A stretch of 24,120 bases of DNA from a virus (Duplodnaviria; Caudoviricetes), in the IMG/VR virus record IMGVR_UViG_3300017705_001068, positions 1-24,120 of that record. One strand, 5' to 3'. Both the position numbers and the translations under genes were made by a program. The notes under the pieces are model-generated. The model saw only the letters and a program-made list of their open reading frames with translations. It did not search any database and was not told the origin of the DNA. Shown piece by piece: positions 7,720 to 15,383 of the stretch. Positions within the stretch are counted from its first letter, which is position 1, and the number at the start of each line of letters is the position of its first letter.

Positions 7720-8970
7720 TTAAGCGATTGCGCTCATAGCTACGTCTTCTTCTGAAAACAAATCTTTAGGAAATTCTTTTACAAAAGCTGTTAACAATTC
7801 TTCGGCTCTTTTCTCTCGAGCTTTATATTGTTGAGGGACAGAACAACGCCAAAAATAATATTTACTATCAGGGACGATATCTTCTGAACCGGCCTTTTGC
7901 TGTTTTTTAACCTCGTCAGCTTGTGCTACTTTAGATGCATCGTATAGTTTTCTGTCCAGCTTGGAAATAAATTCATAAAGATCAGCAACTTTGCCTTTTT
8001 TTATATCTAATTTATTGTCATATAAATACTCTGAAATATATACAATGGCCCAATAAGTTCGAATAGCTACTTGAGTTTTACATTCAATGATTGGTTGGAC
8101 TCGAGTCCTGTAAATGTCCCAAGCGCGGTCTAACTCATCTTCCTTATAAATAGAAACCTGTTTTAAATCGCTTTTACCATCCCCCTTCTTATAAAAATCA
8201 TCCAAGTTGGATGGACCGCAGTCTTTTTCTTTTGTGTGCGGCATTAAAGATAAGATCGTCTGGTCGAGTACCTCAACATCTTTTTTACGGTTGGCCTTCT
8301 CCTGCGCTTGTTTAGCCTTCCCAATTCGCAAAAAGACTGATTTAAAAACTTTTCTGCGCTGTTTAACCCATGGGTTATATGGTGTTAATAGTGCCCATCG
8401 CTTCTCAGCATCCGATAAAGGTGAGCCTTTTTGGATTGCCGTAAATTCCTTAACCATTTCCCGGTATGTATATGAATACATCGTAATTTCCGGAATTGCC
8501 GTCGCATAAAATGCATCTTTGAGCCGTTGTGGTAAGTCTCTAAAAAACTTATTTTCCACCGTATTCGGCGTGCCGTCTGCGTCTATATATGTGCCGGTGA
8601 TTGTAAACTCATTATTGACGAAACTGAATATTGTATCGGTTCGCTGCAGGCCATCGAGTATTGACTTCTCGAATTGGTTCTTTTGTTGAGACGATAGCCT
8701 TTTGGCGCCATAGGATTTAGTTCCTTCCGCTTCTATACTAGCTTTTAAACAAGAGGGTATATCAGCAAGGATAATAGAAGAGGCCGCGAGACCTTCAAAA
8801 ACAGAATCGATATAGTCTCTCATAAGCTCTAGATCCCATACGGAGTCTCTTTGAAATGTATCGTCGATGACCCGTTCTTCCCGCTCAGCTAAAATGCTTT
8901 GAATTGTGATTAGAGCGGGTACTATTTTTTTGACGTATTTTTTCTTATTCTTATTAATATGTGTATTCAT
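7720..8970 (-). CDS. DUF262 (ParB/Srx-like, GmrS/DndB-related) domain protein
   Basis: TFQRDSVWD, YIDSV, ILDGLQRTDTI and later EFTAIQKGSPLSDAE match DUF262 FQR / DGQQR / F..IN..g.pL motifs; perfect SD AAGGAGGT; no C-terminal HNH motif recognised. Confidence 0.8.
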   Translation of the reverse strand: MNTHINKNKKKYVKKIVPALITIQSILAEREERVIDDTFQRDSVWDLELMRDYIDSVFEGLAASSIILADIPSCLKASIEAEGTKSYGAKRLSSQQKNQFEKSILDGLQRTDTIFSFVNNEFTITGTYIDADGTPNTVENKFFRDLPQRLKDAFYATAIPEITMYSYTYREMVKEFTAIQKGSPLSDAEKRWALLTPYNPWVKQRRKVFKSVFLRIGKAKQAQEKANRKKDVEVLDQTILSLMPHTKEKDCGPSNLDDFYKKGDGKSDLKQVSIYKEDELDRAWDIYRTRVQPIIECKTQVAIRTYWAIVYISEYLYDNKLDIKKGKVADLYEFISKLDRKLYDASKVAQADEVKKQQKAGSEDIVPDSKYYFWRCSVPQQYKAREKRAEELLTAFVKEFPKDLFSEEDVAMSAIA

Positions 8971-8995
8971 GTTTTACCTCCTTTATGTTATGTGT

Positions 8996-9027
8996 GATTA
9001 TCAGACCAGTAGTTAGGTCAAATAATC
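8996..9027 (-). promoter_or_regulatory. 5' leader stem-loop / inverted repeat before DUF262 gene
   Basis: Minus strand GATTAT-TT-GACC-TAACTACT-GGTC-TG-ATAATC, between the promoter and the SD. Confidence 0.5.
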
Positions 9028-9043
9028 CATAAATACTAATAAC

Positions 9044-9072
9044 AGTATAACATACAAAAAATACTATTTCAA
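9044..9072 (-). promoter_or_regulatory. Sigma70-type promoter (extended -10) upstream of DUF262
   Basis: TTGAAA (9072-9067), 17 nt, TATACT (9049-9044) preceded by TGn. Confidence 0.7.
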
Positions 9073-9089
9073 GTAAAAAGTTTGTTTTT

Positions 9090-10169
9090 TTACAATTTTG
9101 AAATTTTATCTGTTGCGATTTCTACTGCATCTGGGTTAATGTCAAAAAGAATAAAGTTTCGCCCCATTCTTTTTGCAGCAACACCAGTTGTTCCAGAACC
9201 GGCAACCGGATCCAAAACGATATCTCCTTCATCAGAAGACATTTCTATGATTCGTTCGAGAAGTTTTTCGGGCTTTTCCGTTGGGTATTTTCTTTTCTCG
9301 TTACCCTGAGCAATGGAATGAATATCATCCCATAAATCCATACAGGGTTTGCCTTTTGATTCGTGTTTGTAAATCTTTTTATAAGGATTTGCTGTCGGCT
9401 TCTTTGGAAAGTGAATTCTATTATCTGCTACCATTTCTTCTAGCTTCTCTTTAGATAATCGCCAACCGGTCGAAGGGCTATACGTAACGCCGTTGTGCTC
9501 AAAGGCATATAACCGTTCTTTATCTTTCTCTTGTACCTTTTTTTCTAATTCTTTCTCTGTTTCAACTTGTAATTTTTTCTTTAGTTTTTCAACAACCTCA
9601 ACGTTTCCGCTGGCTTTTGCGTCTAAGTATTCTTTTTCGACACTCTTCACTTTCTGTGTAGCTGTGTACACTATGTGCCCTAAAGCGTAATGGCCTCTTT
9701 CGTCTTTCTTCTTATATGAGTTCTCTGCATAATATGACTCTAACTCTTGATATACCATATTAAACTTTGGTTTCGAGGAATTTGTACACATAAAAATAAT
9801 ATCAACTGCCGTACCCAGCTTTCTCTTGACATTGTTTTTAGATCTCGACTTCTTCCAAAAAATAGGATGGACCTCTTTAAAATGCTTATTACATATCATT
9901 TGTGGAATTAGCATTTCGGCGGCACTAATATGAAAGAAAAACGTTCCGTCAGGCTTAAGCTTTCCTTTACATTTTTTAACTAGCGGTTCTACAAAATCGA
10001 TATAAATTTGATTAGATTCCCAGATATCCGAAAACCCTGTTTCATCATCGGGGGCTAAAACATATTCTCTTTGAGTTTTGAACGGAGGGTCAAAGTATAT
10101 TGTTTGTATCGTACCGTTGCCCACTTCGTCTAAAAGATTCAAAGAGTCGCCTTGTTTAATTATATTCAT
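9090..10169 (-). CDS. Beta-class amino (N6-adenine/N4-cytosine) DNA methyltransferase
   Basis: Start re-called at 10169 (MNIIKQGDSL; ATGA overlap with endonuclease stop). Motif IV DPPF near the N-terminus, YPTEKP and motif I DPVAGSGTT near the C-terminus. Confidence 0.92.
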   Translation of the reverse strand: MNIIKQGDSLNLLDEVGNGTIQTIYFDPPFKTQREYVLAPDDETGFSDIWESNQIYIDFVEPLVKKCKGKLKPDGTFFFHISAAEMLIPQMICNKHFKEVHPIFWKKSRSKNNVKRKLGTAVDIIFMCTNSSKPKFNMVYQELESYYAENSYKKKDERGHYALGHIVYTATQKVKSVEKEYLDAKASGNVEVVEKLKKKLQVETEKELEKKVQEKDKERLYAFEHNGVTYSPSTGWRLSKEKLEEMVADNRIHFPKKPTANPYKKIYKHESKGKPCMDLWDDIHSIAQGNEKRKYPTEKPEKLLERIIEMSSDEGDIVLDPVAGSGTTGVAAKRMGRNFILFDINPDAVEIATDKISKL

Positions 10170-10918
10170 AGAGTCGTCGTCCGAAGTCCTCCAGCGCACA
10201 CGTCATCTAAAAATCCTACAACTTTATCTTGTTGAAATTTGATGACTGGAATCGAATGTTTGTTTGATTTGCTCAGACCCAAAAGTGCGTTAATACCATT
10301 GTTTAGTACCACTCGAATTCGAAGTCCGATATCTTTGCCGTCAAAAAGCAAAGTTCGTGATGTTGTTACTCGATTTGTTTTTTTCAAAGAAAGGATCGCA
10401 TTACTTTTGTAGTATTTATACAACAGTGTATCTTTAAAGTCACAACTGTAGAGTTTTTTATTTTCAACGTCGACAACAGATAAAATTAGCTTTTCATTTG
10501 GCTCAATGACTGATGTTCTTAGAAGATTTCTAAGGGCGCCATTATCGAAGGATTCTAAATCCCCATGAGTCGCTATTTTAACATTTTCGCGAACGGTTTC
10601 AATGGCGCCTTTAGGATTATGAAGAGCATTGGTAAATCGTGGAAAGTGTTCTTTGTGTCTTTTATATGCTGCACTTGAGTTTACCCAATCAAAGCTACCA
10701 TTTTTTAGCTCTTTCTTTTTTTTCACAGAAACTCCCTGTTCATTAATCTTAAGGTCTGCTTTGTGTTGGGTGCCTCCTAAGTGCTTTACTTTAGGTTCGG
10801 GAGGGCATTCCGGGTAAACACTTTTTCTCACTGCCTCGTTTTCCCGAAGAATCTGTACTAATTGTTTTTCGTTAAGTACACCAGAGTGATGACTGCTACC
10901 ATCTGTACGATAAGCCAT
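10166..10918 (-). CDS. Putative type II restriction endonuclease (PD-(D/E)XK fold)
   Basis: Start re-called at ATG 10918 (SD AAGGA). GVLNEK helix then GGTQHKADL...GVSVKK resembles the KxD...SxK active-site variant; translationally coupled to the methyltransferase. Confidence 0.65.
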   Translation of the reverse strand: MAYRTDGSSHHSGVLNEKQLVQILRENEAVRKSVYPECPPEPKVKHLGGTQHKADLKINEQGVSVKKKKELKNGSFDWVNSSAAYKRHKEHFPRFTNALHNPKGAIETVRENVKIATHGDLESFDNGALRNLLRTSVIEPNEKLILSVVDVENKKLYSCDFKDTLLYKYYKSNAILSLKKTNRVTTSRTLLFDGKDIGLRIRVVLNNGINALLGLSKSNKHSIPVIKFQQDKVVGFLDDVCAGGLRTTTL

Positions 10919-10960
10919 TTCTTTTTTCCTTTGAGCGATGCTCAATTAAGTTGTATATGC

Positions 10961-10989
10961 ATTGTATTTTAATAGAATTTTAAAGTCAA
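10961..10989 (-). promoter_or_regulatory. Sigma70-type promoter upstream of endonuclease-methyltransferase pair
   Basis: TTGACT (10989-10984), 17 nt, TACAAT (10966-10961). Confidence 0.8.
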
Positions 10990-11004
10990 GTAAAAAATGA
11001 ATTT

Positions 11005-12126
11005 TTACTCTTTTTCCTCATAAAACTCGTCGGCGTTACCAATACGCTTATCGAATTTCATAATAACTTCTTCGTCCATGATATCTAAGACTCGTTTTTT
11101 GAATTTTTCATTTTGCAGTTTGCTCGCCCAATGAGCGGCTTGAAACTTTTCTGTGGTCTCGTCTTCATAAACCAATTCGTACCAAGACCCGGATTGTTTA
11201 ATCGCCTCGGAACCTTTAATGGCATCAAGCCAGCTTTCTTCGTCTTGTACGCCGATTTCGTCGCCCCAAAGTATTTTAAAGTTACATTGTCGACCAGCAG
11301 TGCCGAATCGTGACTTCTCAATCTTTACTTTAACTTCAGAACCAATTCTAAAGCCCTTTTCGTCAGTAATGAATGAAGCCTTCGCTTTGCGTCCAGTGAG
11401 CCAGATGCGCAGTGAATATGCGTAAATCATCGCTTTTCCACCGGGAGTTACGTAAGGTGTTGTTAAAGCTTCTGACGGTGATCTTGTGATATTAGTTTTA
11501 AGCTGATTCAAGACCAAAAGTGTTGATTGGCTATTAGCAATTGGTACTGTTAGTTTCGACATTCCCTTTGCTAAAATTCGCGCTTTGACGGCCATTGACG
11601 ATTGAGGGTTAAAGTCCCCTTCAACATCCGAAATTGCGGGCGTTAAAGCCAAACTATCCCAAATGAACAGCATTTTGTTTTGATTTGCGCCCAATAGCTC
11701 TTCAATTGTTTCTAATACGAATTCTACCGATTGTGCTTGAATATATAATACGTTTTCTACTTTACAACCTGCTTTTTCTAGAAAAATAGGATCAATCGCA
11801 GATTCTGAATCAAAGTATACAACGTCAATTCCCATTTTTTGTGCGTTTGCTGCGGCTTGTGCCGCCATGTATGATTTACCGGTTGATTCTAAACCGGCAA
11901 TTTCAGTGATTTTACCAACTGGAATTCCTGTTAATTTTCCACGACAAATAATACTGTCTAGCCAGCGGGAGCCAGTTGGAATCCAATCTGTAACAACCGT
12001 TGGGTTCGTTTCATCGTTCAAGTCGTGTGCGACTTGCATTCCGGCTTTTTTATTTATCATTGAACGCATTTGGTCCATTGATAGCTTACCTGCTTTGTTT
12101 GTTTTTGCTGTTTTTTGTCGTGGCAT
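11005..12126 (-). CDS. recA: RecA/UvsX-like recombinase
   Basis: IPTGSRWLD, GIPVGKITEIAGLESTGKS (Walker A), YFDSE, WDSL (Walker B), LNQL, TPGGKA. Confidence 0.95.
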   Translation of the reverse strand: MPRQKTAKTNKAGKLSMDQMRSMINKKAGMQVAHDLNDETNPTVVTDWIPTGSRWLDSIICRGKLTGIPVGKITEIAGLESTGKSYMAAQAAANAQKMGIDVVYFDSESAIDPIFLEKAGCKVENVLYIQAQSVEFVLETIEELLGANQNKMLFIWDSLALTPAISDVEGDFNPQSSMAVKARILAKGMSKLTVPIANSQSTLLVLNQLKTNITRSPSEALTTPYVTPGGKAMIYAYSLRIWLTGRKAKASFITDEKGFRIGSEVKVKIEKSRFGTAGRQCNFKILWGDEIGVQDEESWLDAIKGSEAIKQSGSWYELVYEDETTEKFQAAHWASKLQNEKFKKRVLDIMDEEVIMKFDKRIGNADEFYEEKE

Positions 12127-12135
12127 TTTTTTCTC

Positions 12136-12432
12136 CTATTTCCCGACTTTAAATGAATGAATACAACTACGGAAACCTCTTTTGTCCATTCGAATACAGA
12201 CGGTCTCGCCAAAATCTGTAATAGATAAGACATATCGTCGGCTTCGATTCAAGAGGTTCGTAATGTCGCTGTTATCTGACCAAAAGGTGACGTAACCTTC
12301 TTTAATATCGCCTTTGTGCGCATTTACCGCGCTTTCGGCATCAGGGCCGCCGCCTTTACCCTTAAATCGCTCTGCTATCTTCTTGACGTTCTCAAGAAAA
12401 TCAGAATCTCCTCGTTTATAAACTTTTCTCAT
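12136..12432 (-). CDS. Hypothetical protein
   Basis: 98 aa ORF with SD GAGGA, fills the gap between neighbours. Confidence 0.6.
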   Translation of the reverse strand: MRKVYKRGDSDFLENVKKIAERFKGKGGGPDAESAVNAHKGDIKEGYVTFWSDNSDITNLLNRSRRYVLSITDFGETVCIRMDKRGFRSCIHSFKVGK

Positions 12433-12439
12433 TTTTCCT

Positions 12440-12706
12440 CTATTGTGCAGCTTGTACTGCTGTTTCTTGCTGGATTAAACCAAACTCGTCTTTCATATCA
12501 TACCAATCTTCGTAAAGATTGTCAAGTGTTGTTTTAACATTTATTTTTTTGACTTCATAACCGGTAGGTGATTGAACGGAAAACTTAAAATATCTAACCC
12601 CTCCGCTAACTCCAATTGAACCACATGAACACTCTCTAAAATCATCTTCTGTCCTAGAATAAACAATATCTTCGCATTCTTTGCATTCAACTGCTTTAAT
12701 TAACAA
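12440..12706 (-). CDS. Small Cys-rich (putative zinc-binding) phage protein
   Basis: CKECEDIVYSR...DFRECSCGSIGVSGG (CxxC...CxC); TTG start. Confidence 0.65.
   Translation of the reverse strand: MLIKAVECKECEDIVYSRTEDDFRECSCGSIGVSGGVRYFKFSVQSPTGYEVKKINVKTTLDNLYEDWYDMKDEFGLIQQETAVQAAQ
12497..12525 (-). promoter_or_regulatory. Gene-internal sigma70-type promoter upstream of hypothetical/recA
   Basis: TTGACA (12525-12520), 17 nt, TATGAT (12502-12497) preceded by TGn. Confidence 0.65.
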
Positions 12707-12739
12707 CTTGGTTTACCTTTTTCCTTTGTTTGGTGAAAG

Positions 12740-12776
12740 TTGAGACATCTGTAAACCCATGCCTCCCTGCGGTATT
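12740..12776 (-). repeat. 37-bp intergenic element, copy 2 (candidate structured RNA)
   Basis: Identical to 7680-7716; starts 3 nt after the SSB stop codon. Confidence 0.9.
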
Positions 12777-12779
12777 AAA

Positions 12780-13517
12780 TTAAGCTAGAAGTTCTTTAAA
12801 AGCTTTATCAACTTGACTCGCATCTGAGGGTACTGTGGTTACAGTAGCTTCTGATGTGGTCTCCTCACTATCCAAAAAGTTAGTAAGGATTGTTTGAACT
12901 TCTTCAACTGTCTTACGGCTGCTAGCAAAAAGTTCTTCAAAATCAGGCACACCTTCCATGTACTCCACTACCTTTTCCTCATCTTTATGAAGAGGGGAAG
13001 ATTTACGACGTGGCGTAATTTTGGTTTCTGGAAAAGATGCTCCCGCTGGTTTAACATAGGTTACAACCAAATCGGTACCCTCTTTGGGGTCTGTAATGTC
13101 TCCATATTCCGGATTCAATACAAGAGACAGAAGAGTCTCATAGGCTCGTTTACCAAACCCCCAAATGCGCACTCCCTCATCTTCTTCTCCACGAACAAGA
13201 ACAGGAGCGAAAAATCGTTGACGAGCACCAAGTTTTTTAGCAACTCGTTTTGATTCTTCTGAGCCTTCTTTCCAAAGTTGACGAACATACGTATCAATCG
13301 GATCATCCTCGCCAAAATTACGTTTTGGGCTTAGAAAGCTCGCGGCATCGCCAACGTTATAATGGAACCAGTAATCGCGAAAAGGATCGCCATTAGAAGG
13401 TGGGACAAGTCGAACAACTTGCTCGCCCTCTTGCGGTTTCCAAAACTTGTTGGAAGTATTACCGTTATTTTTAAGCGCGTTCATGCGCTCTTTCATTTTA
13501 CTCATATCAATAGCCAT
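12780..13517 (-). CDS. Single-stranded DNA-binding protein, T4 gp32-like
   Basis: KFWKP...VRLVP...PF...FHY, VRIWGFGK, DITDPKEGTDL, acidic low-complexity C-terminus; near recA. Confidence 0.8.
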   Translation of the reverse strand: MAIDMSKMKERMNALKNNGNTSNKFWKPQEGEQVVRLVPPSNGDPFRDYWFHYNVGDAASFLSPKRNFGEDDPIDTYVRQLWKEGSEESKRVAKKLGARQRFFAPVLVRGEEDEGVRIWGFGKRAYETLLSLVLNPEYGDITDPKEGTDLVVTYVKPAGASFPETKITPRRKSSPLHKDEEKVVEYMEGVPDFEELFASSRKTVEEVQTILTNFLDSEETTSEATVTTVPSDASQVDKAFKELLA

Positions 13518-13540
13518 AATATTATTTTCTCCTTGTGTTA

Positions 13541-13571
13541 TAGTCGCCCCAACAAATCTCTCAGGGCGCTA
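13541..13571 (-). promoter_or_regulatory. Stem-loop immediately upstream of the SSB ribosome-binding site
   Basis: Minus strand TAG-CGCCCT-GAGAGATTTGTT-GGGGCG-A-CTA, overlapping the tubulin-like stop and ending just before SD AAGGAG. Confidence 0.5.
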
Positions 13572-14409
13572 GTTTTTGTATTAAAGTACTATTATTTTCA
13601 CAATAAATTAAAGGTTGGTCGTACTCAGTAGAAAATACCGAATATCCTACTTTCATTTTATCATGTTCAACACCTTTTTTAACATGTTTTTGGATTTTGT
13701 CCATTAAAGAACTATCCTCCTCCAACATTTTTTGAGGTATAGCATAATAATACCTCTTTTCTCTCGGAATGTCAAGGGAAAAGAAGCATTTTTCTTCTTC
13801 TTCCTCAAAATCAACCAAACCAATAGTAGAAACTCGTGCCGTATCGATACGCTTTGTAAAAGTCGTAAAAACTGGTCGCGAATGTTCAAATATATTGATC
13901 ATGTGATATGTGGAAGAAATCATCTGGTTTATACTATCCCAATATTTTAAAATAGGTACAGGACCCATTATACCAGAAATTAATTGATTGTCAACTAAAA
14001 TTATTTTTTCGAATAAAGCTGATCGAGCATATTCCTGAAAGACGTTAAATAACAAGTTGTTCTGCAGTTTTGTGGGACCAGCGAGATTGTCCATCTGGGG
14101 GACAACATACATTAAAGTTATTTTAGTTTTGTCTTTTATTCTCTCTAATATACGCAAAGCTGTATTAGAAACTGCTCCACAACTTGTGATAAATAAAGTT
14201 TCCGGTTCAATGTCTTCTAAAAATTTATTAATTCCTCGTGGTAGTTTAGCTTCTTCGTATAGTTCAGGAGATGATTGGGGCTTTAGGCCAATTGAGTCTT
14301 TAGCTTTTTTAAGACTTGTATCAATTTTTAGAATATTGTATTGTGGATATTGCTTAAAACAGTCTGCTATGTTGCATCCGGCTTGACCTAACCCAATTAT
14401 AGTTTGCAT
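13561..14409 (-). CDS. Divergent tubulin/FtsZ-superfamily protein (PhuZ/TubZ-like)
   Basis: N-terminal IIGLGQAGCNIAD (T1 loop), ILKIDT, IILVDN; the GGGTGSG signature is degenerate (TSCGAVSN); 282 aa. Confidence 0.7.
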   Translation of the reverse strand: MQTIIGLGQAGCNIADCFKQYPQYNILKIDTSLKKAKDSIGLKPQSSPELYEEAKLPRGINKFLEDIEPETLFITSCGAVSNTALRILERIKDKTKITLMYVVPQMDNLAGPTKLQNNLLFNVFQEYARSALFEKIILVDNQLISGIMGPVPILKYWDSINQMISSTYHMINIFEHSRPVFTTFTKRIDTARVSTIGLVDFEEEEEKCFFSLDIPREKRYYYAIPQKMLEEDSSLMDKIQKHVKKGVEHDKMKVGYSVFSTEYDQPLIYCENNSTLIQKLAP

Positions 14410-14430
14410 TGTATTCTCTTGGTGGCTTGG

Positions 14431-15045
14431 CTAGCCTTCTTGTTCATATCCGGTAATTGTGCGTTGCTCATATTCCCTAGCAAGATATGCTTTCAGAGCA
14501 TCGGTAACATCCCAATTATCAGGAATGGGAGAGTCTAGACTATTTCCATCTTGTATTACTTTAATTAAATCTTTAACAAATAAATTTTCTACTTTATTAT
14601 CTAGAATTGTGGCCACATCATCGTCCATATCTAGCTTACCTAAATTGCCCTCGGGTCTATTGTCGTCGTCGACTTGATACATTTTTAAAACGAATCCGGC
14701 GACGCTTTGGGAAGCTTCAAAGGCTTCCCTCGCAGAAGCAACTCCCGGGACAAAATTAGCAATAATACTAAGCACTTTTTTCCTGCCGGAATATTCCACT
14801 GTGCATTTAAGTAATGCTACCAAATCACCGAACGTTTCGACGTCGCCTTGACCGCTTAAAAGTTCAGGAAACTTTTTTGTGCAGTAGTCGTCCTGGACGG
14901 CATCATCCATTGATTGCCATTTTCGACTAATAAAAGAGCCTATGTTTTTGATGCCCGTAGCTACTTTTTGGCCAAGACCGCTGGGTTCGGATGGCGCCTC
15001 TTCTTCTTTTAAAAAGGTGCGCCAATTTTCCATTATAAGTTTCAT
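14431..15045 (-). CDS. Hypothetical protein with MKLIMENWRxFLxE N-terminus (possible virion protein)
   Basis: 204 aa; amphipathic leader ending in EEE followed by a Pro/Ser linker. Confidence 0.6.
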   Translation of the reverse strand: MKLIMENWRTFLKEEEAPSEPSGLGQKVATGIKNIGSFISRKWQSMDDAVQDDYCTKKFPELLSGQGDVETFGDLVALLKCTVEYSGRKKVLSIIANFVPGVASAREAFEASQSVAGFVLKMYQVDDDNRPEGNLGKLDMDDDVATILDNKVENLFVKDLIKVIQDGNSLDSPIPDNWDVTDALKAYLAREYEQRTITGYEQEG

Positions 15046-15058
15046 ATTAGTGTTTTTA

Positions 15059-15346
15059 CTATTTCTGTCTCATTATTTCGGGTAATGACTGGTGCAATGC
15101 GCGGAGTACTGCGGCTCCTTGTGGTATATTGGCGGCATGAGCGATAATAGCATCTAATACCTGCTTATATTCTGCGGGCCTGTCGATTTTTGAAATTGTT
15201 TTTAGTAAAAAGTCAGCATCGCGCTCGGTTTTGATCTCAGGCGCCGCTGTTGCTGGATCCGGGGCCTGACCAATTCCCTCTTCCGTTTCAAAAATACCGA
15301 TCTCTTCTTGAATTAATTGTTTAAGCTGTGTTCTCGTGATCTTCAT
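15059..15346 (-). CDS. Hypothetical protein with MKITxxQLKQLIxEE N-terminus (possible virion protein)
   Basis: 95 aa; SD AAGGAG; amphipathic leader ending EE followed by an acidic/Pro-Ala linker. Confidence 0.65.
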   Translation of the reverse strand: MKITRTQLKQLIQEEIGIFETEEGIGQAPDPATAAPEIKTERDADFLLKTISKIDRPAEYKQVLDAIIAHAANIPQGAAVLRALHQSLPEIMRQK

Positions 15347-15383
15347 TTGCCCTCTCCTTGAGTTTTGAGTTACTTATAAGTAG

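Noticed and set aside
2156-12126. Inteins or introns in nrdJ, helicase or recA
   Set aside because: Lengths and motif spacing are normal; no insertion or splicing motifs seen.
7680-12776. The 37-bp repeat as a CRISPR repeat or IS terminal repeat
   Set aside because: Only two direct copies 5 kb apart, no spacers, and no cas, transposase or integrase gene in the window.
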